Part shown: positions 1-8,008 of the stretch, piece by piece
Numbering within the stretch: the stretch's first letter is position 1
Layout: every line of letters starts with the position of its first letter
DNA from: a bacterium
GTDB lineage: Bacteria > SZUA-182 > DTGQ01
Length of the DNA stretch: 16,009 bases
NCBI GenBank assembly: GCA_040752695.1
Contig: JBFMGO010000128.1
Coordinates: forward strand, 1 to 16,009
Direction: 5' to 3'
The notes under the pieces: generated by a model
What the model was told of the DNA's origin: nothing
What the model saw: the letters and a program-made list of their open reading frames with translations, nothing else
The model's database searches: none
Program-made: the position numbers and the translations under genes

Positions 1-183
1 GCATTATTTTTCCTCCAATCGGTCGATATTAGGATATGCTTTATCCTTACCCGGGGTAAGAAGCTGTCTTATTGAGAAATCCGATACTCGTTACTCTTAA
101 TATTTTTAACAAACTGTAAGTATTTATTAAGGAAATGCTTTTTTATTCTTCATCATTTGAGGTTTAAGCCAAAGGGGGGCGGT

Positions 184-2850
184 ATGAGGCGCAGGACAGA
201 ACTTATTTGTATTTGCGTGCTGGCATTTCTCTGTATACTTACTCCACAGGCAAAAGGAGCACGATTAGAGGAAGGCTTAAGACCCATGTCTATGTCTGCC
301 TTCAGACAGGGTCTCGGCAATACTTCAATAACCGGTACCATCGGCTCTTTCAGGTCTGGCAGGTTTTTTTCCGGCTCCGGCACATCAGATGCTGCTTACG
401 AAAATATGGGGCAATATTTAATCGAGATTGATCCACTTACGCTCCAGATCAAGAGCCCGGATAGTATGTGGAAAATCGGTAATGGCAGAAACCTATACCC
501 TTCCGGCAATACAGCCTGGGAACTGAATGGCACCGGTATGGATACAGGTATCTCTTTTCTCCAAACCAATAGGAGGGCCCTGGGATCGCTCAGGACAGGT
601 GTTTATCATATCGACCTGGATACAGGAAGATTAACCAGGCAGTCTAATCTGAAATCCGGCTCCTACCGGGGATTTGCTCAAGATGGGAACAGTTACTATG
701 CTTCTGATGGCCAAACCATCTTTCTGCTCACCGGAGGGAGTATCGAGCTCCCTGAGGACATTGACAGCCTGGACTTGGTCCTGGGCAGTATATCGGACAG
801 CGGTAAATTCCTGCTGGCCGCCACCCAGAACTCCAGCGCCTGCAGTGTCTGGAAGATCCCTCTGGACTCAGGAGGCGACTTTGCAGGTACATACAGCCTG
901 GTCACAACGGTCAGCCATGACGAATCGAGCGTATCGACGAGCCCGGCCTGCTATGCAGGTATCTCCTATGCGCAAATTTCCTGGCCGGATGAAGGAGGCA
1001 GCCTGAAGGAGGTCCTTTACCTCAGCAGTGATTATTTCGATTCGGATGCCTCTGACGAAATAGCCATTATCGACTTCCAGACTGGCGCCATACTGAACCG
1101 CGTTCATTCTGCGGAGTCAGGGCTCTCTCTGAGTGAACCGGTCACCCTGACCAACGGCAGCATGACCGATTATCTGATTTGGGCCAATCCTCGGGGCATA
1201 CAGGGCGTTGACAGCCGTTTGTTCATCATCGGCGATTTTTGTTTTACCCTTTGTCAGCCCTCCGTAAATATCAAAAAGTATGTCTCCGTAGATGGTGGAA
1301 CAACGTATGTGGATGCTGACACCCCCTCTGGTCCTTACGCGCTGGTGGGAAGCGATCTTTATTTCAAACTGGTCGTGACCAATACCGGGCTATGGAAATT
1401 GGGCAATATCACTCTTCAAGACACCGATTTTAGCTTGAGTAGCTGTAGCATACCGGAATCACTGGCTTCCAAAGCTTCATTTACTTGCGTGATCGGGCCC
1501 ATTAAAGCCCTCGCCGGTCAGCAGACCGACACCAGCACAGTCACCGCCCAGACAAGATTCTCCGTGTTAACCGGTAAAGTTTTTTCTGATACCGACGACG
1601 CCAATTACTTCGGCGCTGATCCTGGCATTAAGATTGAGAAGACACCTGCAACCCAGACCATACTCAGCGGCGGCACTGCAACCTTCACTATCAAGGTGAC
1701 CAACATAGGTAATGTCACTTTGACGAATGTAACCTTAACTGACACACCACCGTTTTCCGGCTGTACTCCGCCGATTCCATCCCCGTTCACTCTGGCTCCT
1801 GGTACAAGCCAAACCTTCCAGTGCACGGTATCCAATGTGACTCAAAGCTTCACCAACGTCGCCACAGCCACCGGTACACCGCCAGCAGGCCCCAACGTGA
1901 GTGCAACAGCCACAGCCCAGGTGATTGTGAGCCAGCCAGGTATCAGTATTACGAAAACGCCCTCAACCCAGACCATAGTCAGCGGCGGCACCGCTACTTT
2001 CAACATCACGGTGACCAATACCGGTAATGTTCCCCTGACCAATGTGAATGTGACCGACGTGCAGGCACCTGGCTGTGCTCGTACCATTGGAACCCTGGCT
2101 GCCGGAGCGAGCTCTACCTATTCCTGCACGGTATCCGGTGTGACTCAAAGCTTCACCAACATCGCAACAGCCACCGGTACACCGCCAGCAGGCCTCAACG
2201 TGAGTGCAACAGCCACAGCCCAGGTGATTGTGAGCCAGCCGGGTATCAGTATTACGAAAACGCCTGCAACCCAGACCATAGTCAGCGGCGGCACCGCTAC
2301 TTTCAGCATCACGGTGACCAACACGGGCAATGTTCCCCTGACCAGTGTGGCAGTGGCCGATACTCTGGTCCCTGGCTGTGCTCAGACCATCGGAACCCTG
2401 GCTGTTGGAGCGAGCTCTACCTACACCTGTACGACGGCCGTTCTGACCGCAGGCTTCACCAACACCGCAACAGCCACCGGTACACCGCCGGTAGGCTCTA
2501 ACGTGAGCGCAACAGCCACGGCTGACGTGGTTGTAGAAGAACCAGCCCCGGGCATCAGTATTACGAAAGAGCCCCTAACCCAGACGGTGGCCAGTGGTGG
2601 CACGGCAACTTTTACCATCACGGTGACCAACACGGGCAATGTTCCCCTGACCAATGTGGGAGTGGCCGATACGTTCTCTCCCTGTGACAGGGTCATTGGA
2701 GACCTGGCTGTCGGAGGCGTTTCTACCTACCCCTGCACGGTATCCGACGTGACTCAAAGCTTCATCAACACAGCAATAGCCACCGGCACACCGCCAGCAG
2801 GCCCCCCTAACGTGAACGCTACAGCCACGGCTGACGTGGTTGTCCAATAG
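184..2850 (+). CDS. Secreted/surface protein, about 888 aa: signal peptide, putative beta-propeller-like N-terminal region, then about 5 Thr-rich Ig-like DUF11/DUF7507-type repeats
   Basis: ORF track 157..2850. Start moved to ATG 184, which is preceded by AAAGGGGGGCGGT and gives a signal peptide MRRRTELICICVLAFLCILTPQAKG. Repeated motif PGISITKTP..QTI.SGGTATF.ITVTNTGNVPLTNV.V.D...C...C....FTN.ATATGTP is typical of DUF11/DUF7507-like repeats. Confidence 0.85.
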   Translation: MRRRTELICICVLAFLCILTPQAKGARLEEGLRPMSMSAFRQGLGNTSITGTIGSFRSGRFFSGSGTSDAAYENMGQYLIEIDPLTLQIKSPDSMWKIGNGRNLYPSGNTAWELNGTGMDTGISFLQTNRRALGSLRTGVYHIDLDTGRLTRQSNLKSGSYRGFAQDGNSYYASDGQTIFLLTGGSIELPEDIDSLDLVLGSISDSGKFLLAATQNSSACSVWKIPLDSGGDFAGTYSLVTTVSHDESSVSTSPACYAGISYAQISWPDEGGSLKEVLYLSSDYFDSDASDEIAIIDFQTGAILNRVHSAESGLSLSEPVTLTNGSMTDYLIWANPRGIQGVDSRLFIIGDFCFTLCQPSVNIKKYVSVDGGTTYVDADTPSGPYALVGSDLYFKLVVTNTGLWKLGNITLQDTDFSLSSCSIPESLASKASFTCVIGPIKALAGQQTDTSTVTAQTRFSVLTGKVFSDTDDANYFGADPGIKIEKTPATQTILSGGTATFTIKVTNIGNVTLTNVTLTDTPPFSGCTPPIPSPFTLAPGTSQTFQCTVSNVTQSFTNVATATGTPPAGPNVSATATAQVIVSQPGISITKTPSTQTIVSGGTATFNITVTNTGNVPLTNVNVTDVQAPGCARTIGTLAAGASSTYSCTVSGVTQSFTNIATATGTPPAGLNVSATATAQVIVSQPGISITKTPATQTIVSGGTATFSITVTNTGNVPLTSVAVADTLVPGCAQTIGTLAVGASSTYTCTTAVLTAGFTNTATATGTPPVGSNVSATATADVVVEEPAPGISITKEPLTQTVASGGTATFTITVTNTGNVPLTNVGVADTFSPCDRVIGDLAVGGVSTYPCTVSDVTQSFINTAIATGTPPAGPPNVNATATADVVVQ
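1624..2847 (+). repeat. Four intragenic tandem repeat units of about 300-315 bp (about 100-105 aa), plus a divergent unit at about 1255-1620
   Basis: Unit starts GGCATTAAG/GGTATCAGT/GGTATCAGT/GGCATCAGT at 1624, 1939, 2242 and 2551 (spacings 315, 303, 309). About 200 nt from 1822 and from 2125 are nearly identical. Confidence 0.95.
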
Positions 2851-2895
2851 AAAATGCCCCTGACTCCTGACAACGTCAGTTGACAGCATTCATAG

Positions 2896-2930
2896 AGGGG
2901 GAGCAGATAAATTATCTGCTCCCCCTTTTT
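2896..2930 (+). terminator. Rho-independent terminator of the surface-protein gene
   Basis: Perfect inverted repeat AGGGGGAGCAGATAA-A-TTATCTGCTCCCCCT (2896-2926) followed by TTTT, 45 nt after the stop codon and between convergent genes. Confidence 0.9.
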
Positions 2931-2976
2931 ATATGAAAATCCCCCAAGCTCCTTTAGAAAATAGTGGGTGTTTCCT

Positions 2977-3951
2977 TTAAAACTCAGGGGTATAGTCCGC
3001 AGAATTTGAATCCAGATCCTGAAGGAAACCGTTCTCGAAGCCCAGCCCAAGGAAGTGCTCTTCCACCTCCTGATACTCGTCGGGATTGAGTCTGCGATCA
3101 AGGTCAGGTGTCTGGCAGGCCCGATAGACCGGATAGTATTGGGACATCAGGGAGACATAGGTTTGAGTACCCAGATTCCGGGCAATCCAGGTGAGAATTT
3201 TTTTGCTGTTTTCCACCTGCCCCGGCAAGATCAGGTGGCGGATGATCATCCCCTTGTGCATGATCCCCTCCCGGTCAAAGACAGGCACATCACCCACGAT
3301 TTTTTGCATGGCGGCTATCGCCCTTGCGGCATGCTGAAAATAATCGGGCAGCCGGGAGAATTTGACGGCCAGATCATTGTCGAAATATTTAAGGTCCGGC
3401 AGGAATACATCCACCAGGCCCGACAATCTCTCGATGACTGACGCTTTCTCGTAGCCATTGCTGTTCCAGACAATGGGGAGCACGCCGTTGGGAGCGGCAT
3501 CGGGGGAACTGACGGAAAGGTTGACGGGGAGGAGCCCGATGGAGCCGATCTCCTGCTTCAGACGGGGTAAAATCTTAAGGAGCCTGCCTGAGTAATGCGT
3601 GGGCGAGACCAGGTTCAGGTTGTGCACCCTGGTGGTTTCGATAAATTGCCTGCACGCGGTGATAAAGTCTGCATCCTGATAGATACTGCCCTGGTGGAGC
3701 TGTGAAATCCGGTAGTTCTGGCAAAAGAGGCATGAAGCATTGCAGTGGGAGAAAAAAACGGTCCCTGAGCCCCGTGTGCCGCTGATGCAAGGCTCCTCCC
3801 AGAAGTGGGCCATAATCCTGGCGATTTTAAATTCCGCCGGAGCCTTGCAGACCCCAAACCGGGCAATCCGGTCAGCCCGGCACTCGAACGGACAGCAATC
3901 ACATCCGGTCGCCGCGCCTTGGTGCTGTCGTGGTTTCATCATCTCGATCAT
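2977..3951 (-). CDS. PflX-like radical SAM protein (PFL-activating-enzyme-like, COG1313 type)
   Basis: N-terminal CxxCPxxC...C cluster, HFWEEPCISGTRGSGTVFF followed by CNASCLFC (CxxxCxxC) QNYRISQ, NLNLVSPTHY, VWNSNGYE, DVFLPDLKY, IIRHLILPG and SLMSQYYP. Start overlaps the upstream stop (ATGA, 3948-3951). Confidence 0.88.
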   Translation of the reverse strand: MIEMMKPRQHQGAATGCDCCPFECRADRIARFGVCKAPAEFKIARIMAHFWEEPCISGTRGSGTVFFSHCNASCLFCQNYRISQLHQGSIYQDADFITACRQFIETTRVHNLNLVSPTHYSGRLLKILPRLKQEIGSIGLLPVNLSVSSPDAAPNGVLPIVWNSNGYEKASVIERLSGLVDVFLPDLKYFDNDLAVKFSRLPDYFQHAARAIAAMQKIVGDVPVFDREGIMHKGMIIRHLILPGQVENSKKILTWIARNLGTQTYVSLMSQYYPVYRACQTPDLDRRLNPDEYQEVEEHFLGLGFENGFLQDLDSNSADYTPEF

Positions 3952-5138
3952 TCATCCGCCTTTTGCAAAACGAAAAATTTCAGGTATCTTCCTTCAGGGA
4001 AGCTTAAATTGTAGGGGTGGTCATGCGGCTGCATGGTGCTGGCCAGGACTTTCACCGTACAGCGGGCATTGACTGCCGATTGGTGGAGAATCTTGATGAA
4101 GGTCTCCGTATCGATATGAGCGGTGCAGGAAGAGGCTGCCAAAAGGCCATGAGGAGGAAGCTTTTCCAGGGCCTTGGAATTGATCGTGGTATAAGCCTTG
4201 ATGGCATTCTTGACCTGCTCTTTATTTTTGGCAAAGGATGGCGGATCAAGGATAATCAGGTCATATTCATCCTGGGGCATGTTTTTCAGAAATTCGAACA
4301 CATCCTCCGCTATGAATTGATGTTTCCTGGTATTGATCCGGTTGGCCTCGAAGTTTTTTCTGGCATACTCCGTGGCCTTGGCCGAGATATCCACGCTGTC
4401 CACCCGTTTGGCACCGACCAGGGCAGCATAGACCGAAAATGCGCCGGTATAGGCAAAACAGTTGAGCACCCGTCTGTTCCGGCAGAATCTGGCCAGGAGG
4501 GTTCTATTCTCCCTTTGATCGAGAAAGAAGCCGGTTTTCTGTCCTTCCCGGAAATTGACCCAGAATTGGATGCCGTTTTCACGGATGAGCACTTCTTCCC
4601 GGTTTTCGCCGAATAAGAGCTGTTTGGGCTGGGTTTTCAGCCCCTCCTTCTGGCGAACGCCGACATCGCTTCTTTCGTAGATGGTTCCAGGCTGAAATAC
4701 CTCTTTGAGTGCCTCCACAATGGCCTCTCTCAGTCTGTCTATCCCCATGGTATGGAGCTGAACCACCAGAACATCCGCATACTTATCGACGATCAGGCCG
4801 GGGAGGAGGTCACTTTCGCCAAAGACCACGCGGTAAGAATCAGTGTCCGGGGGCAGAAACTCTTCCTTGGTGTGCCGAAGGGCCATAATCCTTCGCTGGA
4901 AAAAGCCCTTATTAATCTCTTCATCCTTCCAGCTCAGAATTCTGACTCTGATTTCCGAGTTTTTGTTATAATACCCTGTAGCCAAGAAGCGGTCCTTTTC
5001 ATCGTAAATCCCGCAAACCGCTCCATTGGCGGCATCTTCGGACACTTTTTTCACTCCCCTGGAAAAAATCCAGGGGTGCCCGGCCTGAAGGTTTTTTACC
5101 CGTTCGTTTTTAATAATGATCCTGGGTTTCCCGTGCAT
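3948..5138 (-). CDS. rlmI: RlmI/RlmK-family class I SAM-dependent rRNA methyltransferase (PUA domain plus MTase; m5C1962-like)
   Basis: GHPWIFS (PUA-like N-terminus), GESDLLPGLIVDKY, GQKTGFFLDQRENR, VLNCFAYTGAFSV, DLIILDPPSF, ASSC, DHP and PEGRYLK are all family hallmarks. Confidence 0.88.
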   Translation of the reverse strand: MHGKPRIIIKNERVKNLQAGHPWIFSRGVKKVSEDAANGAVCGIYDEKDRFLATGYYNKNSEIRVRILSWKDEEINKGFFQRRIMALRHTKEEFLPPDTDSYRVVFGESDLLPGLIVDKYADVLVVQLHTMGIDRLREAIVEALKEVFQPGTIYERSDVGVRQKEGLKTQPKQLLFGENREEVLIRENGIQFWVNFREGQKTGFFLDQRENRTLLARFCRNRRVLNCFAYTGAFSVYAALVGAKRVDSVDISAKATEYARKNFEANRINTRKHQFIAEDVFEFLKNMPQDEYDLIILDPPSFAKNKEQVKNAIKAYTTINSKALEKLPPHGLLAASSCTAHIDTETFIKILHQSAVNARCTVKVLASTMQPHDHPYNLSFPEGRYLKFFVLQKADE

Positions 5139-5186
5139 GTACCTTACCTTAGCTGTCCTCGCTGAATGTCCCCGCTGCTTTTTGCC

Positions 5187-6746
5187 TTACTCGGAAAAGA
5201 CAATGGCCTGATATACCTCTACCGTGGTCTTTGGGTCCTTCCATGCATCCTTGTGCATCCCTGCTTTCTGGGAAAGGCTTTCCAGGAAGTCATCTTTATC
5301 CGGCAACTGTTCCCAGACCTGGGGGAGGTAGGTGGCCCGGTGCCATCCCTGGCTCAGGATCACGCCATCGATCTGCGGCCGCAACTTTCGCTTCAGATCC
5401 TCGACATTGGAGAAATGGAGCTGCCTGGGCAGGGTAAGGATGCTGATTTCTATCTTAATCTGATCCAGTTCCTTTTTGCTCAGCGGAGAGAACCTGGGGT
5501 CGCGGAAGGCTGCATTAAAGGCATTTTTTTGCACACAGTCACACAGCCGCTCTTCCGGGATAATCGTGCCGATGCAGCCTCGTAATTGTCCGTTCTTGTG
5601 CAGGGTGACAAAGCAACCCCGCTTTTCTTTAACATAGGATGAGAGGTTCTCCGGCAAAGGATCGTTCTCCTCGTCCATCAGGGTATTGGCGATCTTGGTC
5701 CTGGCAAGGCCAAGGAGCATTTTCTGATCCGCCTCGGTAACGGATTCGGAGTGAGATGCTCCGGCATCCTTATCAAGAGCGAAAGCCATATCCTTATCCG
5801 CTGCCTTCTTCACTTCATTCTCGTTATCACCGGCCTTTGCCTCAGCTTTCGATTCTTCCCCACCCGATCCCGATTCACTGACAAAGGCAATGCTGGCATA
5901 TCCGACCACCCGGTCGGAGGGGCCTTCGGTATCTCCCGAATTCCGGCAGTCGATCAGTTTCCCCTGCCACCCCTTTTGCCGGGCAATCTCCAAAAGGACC
6001 AGAATGGGGATTTTACCGCAGGCTTCGCATTCGGCCACTTTGCCAAAGTCCATGGCAGTGATGGCTTCGACGCAGGATTTGTCCAGGATTTGAGCCTCTT
6101 TATAGGGGTAGTAATGGGAAAGGTCGGAACTGGCCACCACCAGGGTATGCTCGTCGATGAAGGGCAAAAGTGCCCTGGCTATGGGCAGAGGGTCTGCCTG
6201 GCCGATGGTAATGGGAACCAGGTCGAAATTTTTCAGCATTACCTGCAGGAAAGGCAGTTGCACTTCCAGGGAATGTTCCTTTTGGTCCATGACCAAAAGA
6301 GGTGAGAAAAGTCTCTGCTTTCGCAAAGTGGCGGCAATGGGAGAAAGAGGAATATCGCCCAAAGGGGTGCGATAGCAGTCTACATCCATAATCGAGGCAC
6401 TGTCAGCGCCTATGTAGTGGCTGGGTGCAAGAACGATGACGGTTTTGGTGGCAGGATCGATCTTTTGGTAGCCTGTGGCTGCTATCGGTCCCGAATAGAT
6501 GTAGCCTGCATGCGGAGCGATCAGCCCCCGGACCCTCCCTGATACAGGATTTCCCTTGCCTTCTTTCAAAAACCGCTGGATCATCCTCTCCAGTTTGCCT
6601 TTTTCCTCAGGGTAGAATTGTCCTGCAACTACAGGAAGCCTTACTTTCTTTTTATCCTTCTGTCCAGACTCGTCTTTGGCCTGGCTGGAGGAAGTAGAAG
6701 AAATGAGCAAAAGAAAAATGAAGCACAGATAGATACTATTTTTCAT
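5187..6746 (-). CDS. amrB: AmmeMemoRadiSam protein B/A fusion (MEMO1-like dioxygenase-fold domain plus AMMECR1 domain) with N-terminal signal peptide, about 519 aa
   Basis: MEMO motifs VAGQFYP, APHAGYIYSG, PSH, EHSLEVQLPFLQ, SSDLSHY, ACG, NSGD and VVGYA. AMMECR1 motifs GCFVTL, LRGCIG, DPRF, ATYLPQV and KAG. Start moved to ATG 6746, which has an AAGGAGG ribosome-binding site upstream. Confidence 0.92.
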   Translation of the reverse strand: MKNSIYLCFIFLLLISSTSSSQAKDESGQKDKKKVRLPVVAGQFYPEEKGKLERMIQRFLKEGKGNPVSGRVRGLIAPHAGYIYSGPIAATGYQKIDPATKTVIVLAPSHYIGADSASIMDVDCYRTPLGDIPLSPIAATLRKQRLFSPLLVMDQKEHSLEVQLPFLQVMLKNFDLVPITIGQADPLPIARALLPFIDEHTLVVASSDLSHYYPYKEAQILDKSCVEAITAMDFGKVAECEACGKIPILVLLEIARQKGWQGKLIDCRNSGDTEGPSDRVVGYASIAFVSESGSGGEESKAEAKAGDNENEVKKAADKDMAFALDKDAGASHSESVTEADQKMLLGLARTKIANTLMDEENDPLPENLSSYVKEKRGCFVTLHKNGQLRGCIGTIIPEERLCDCVQKNAFNAAFRDPRFSPLSKKELDQIKIEISILTLPRQLHFSNVEDLKRKLRPQIDGVILSQGWHRATYLPQVWEQLPDKDDFLESLSQKAGMHKDAWKDPKTTVEVYQAIVFSE

Positions 6747-6796
6747 AATCCTGCACCTCCTTGTGTTGTTCCCTTTCTCGGAAAATGAGAATATAT

Positions 6797-8008
6797 TCAA
6801 TCCCACCGGCCGCTTACGGCCTGTTTACAGAATTTGCACTTTCCCTTTTCCAGGTTAAGAGACAAAAGGGTATACCCCTTTCGTTTAACCACCACCTTCT
6901 TGCAGCCGGGGCAGATAACCTCGTCCCCCATACCCGGTACATTGCCGACATAGACATGGTGCAGACCTTCCTTTATTCCTGTTTCCTGCGCCTTTTGTAA
7001 AATTTCCACCGGTGTAGGCGGCAGCCGGGTGAGCTTGTATAAAGGGAAAAACCGGGGAAAATGCAACGGACAGTCAGGCCCCAGATTCTTGGCCAGCCAG
7101 CCGCACATTCTCTTGATCATCTCCATATCGTCCGTATAGGTAGGGATAACCAGGTTGATGATTTCCAGCCAGACACCTTTGCTGTGGAGGTTTTTAAGGG
7201 TATCGAGCACCGGATCGAGGTGACCGCCGTTCAGCTTGAAGTAGATATCATCGGAGAAACTCTTCAGATTGATGCTGGCAGCATCGATTACCGTACAGAG
7301 ACGGTCCAGTGCCTTCGGGGTGATGTATCCGTTGCTGACGTAAATATTTTTCAGTCCCGCGCTCCGTGCCTGTGTTGCGCTATCGACCATATATTCATAG
7401 AAAGTGGTGGCTTCCGAGTACGTGTAGGCCAGGCTGCGGCAGTCATATTTTTGGGCCAGCCTGACTACCTGATCAGGAGGCAGGTCCTGATTGCGGGTCT
7501 TATCCGGCGTGGTCTGGGAAATCTCCCAATTCTGGCAATTCAGGCAGTGAAAGTTGCATCCGGCAACAGCCAGGGAAAAGGCAGTGGTACCAGGGTAAAA
7601 GTGCAAGAGAGGCTTTTTTTCAACCGGGTCCGCATTGATGGTGCAGGGGTTGCCGTAGGAAATGGAGTACAGGGTCCCGGACAGGTTGACTTTGGTCCCG
7701 CATTTTCCCCTGCGGTCCGGTTTGATGAGACAGTGATTGGGGCAGGTCTGGCATTGGACTTCTTTCGATTTCAGCTTTTTATAAAAGTAAGCCTCCCGAA
7801 GGTGCGGATCTGAAGGGTCAAACGCGGCATCGGCCAGGGCCAGACTGAAAGGGGAAAGGGCCAGCCACGCCCCGCCGCAGGTCATACAGAGGCCGCGTTT
7901 CAGAAATTCCCGCCTGGTAGCGGTCCCAGGAGCAGCCCGGGACTGGTCCTTGACTTGAGTCCTTTGCTTCAAAGCCCGATTCGTATGTTGATTCGTATGT
8001 TGGTTCAT
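6797..8008 (-). CDS. amrS: AmmeMemoRadiSam system radical SAM enzyme with twin-arginine signal peptide, about 403 aa
   Basis: CQTCPNHC...GKC, DPVEKKPLLHFYPG, GCNFHCLNCQNWEISQ (CxxxCxxC), AYTYSE, VSNGYI, RFFPLYKL, YVGNVPG and C-terminal CPGC...CKFC. The real start is ATG 8008, overlapping the upstream TGA (ATGA) with GAGGAAGG upstream, not the ORF-track start at 8656. Confidence 0.92.
   Translation of the reverse strand: MNQHTNQHTNRALKQRTQVKDQSRAAPGTATRREFLKRGLCMTCGGAWLALSPFSLALADAAFDPSDPHLREAYFYKKLKSKEVQCQTCPNHCLIKPDRRGKCGTKVNLSGTLYSISYGNPCTINADPVEKKPLLHFYPGTTAFSLAVAGCNFHCLNCQNWEISQTTPDKTRNQDLPPDQVVRLAQKYDCRSLAYTYSEATTFYEYMVDSATQARSAGLKNIYVSNGYITPKALDRLCTVIDAASINLKSFSDDIYFKLNGGHLDPVLDTLKNLHSKGVWLEIINLVIPTYTDDMEMIKRMCGWLAKNLGPDCPLHFPRFFPLYKLTRLPPTPVEILQKAQETGIKEGLHHVYVGNVPGMGDEVICPGCKKVVVKRKGYTLLSLNLEKGKCKFCKQAVSGRWD

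Noticed and set aside
1605..2889. Repeated minus-strand ORFs (MLKVAVPPL...) and the repeats as a possible CRISPR or DGR template/variable pair
   Set aside because: They are antisense shadows of the coding repeats. Units are about 300 bp and in frame with no spacers, and there is no cas or reverse transcriptase gene in the window.
6747..6806. ORF-track start of amrB/A at 6806
   Set aside because: It overlaps the amrS 3' end. ATG 6746 has a strong AAGGAGG and begins a signal peptide.
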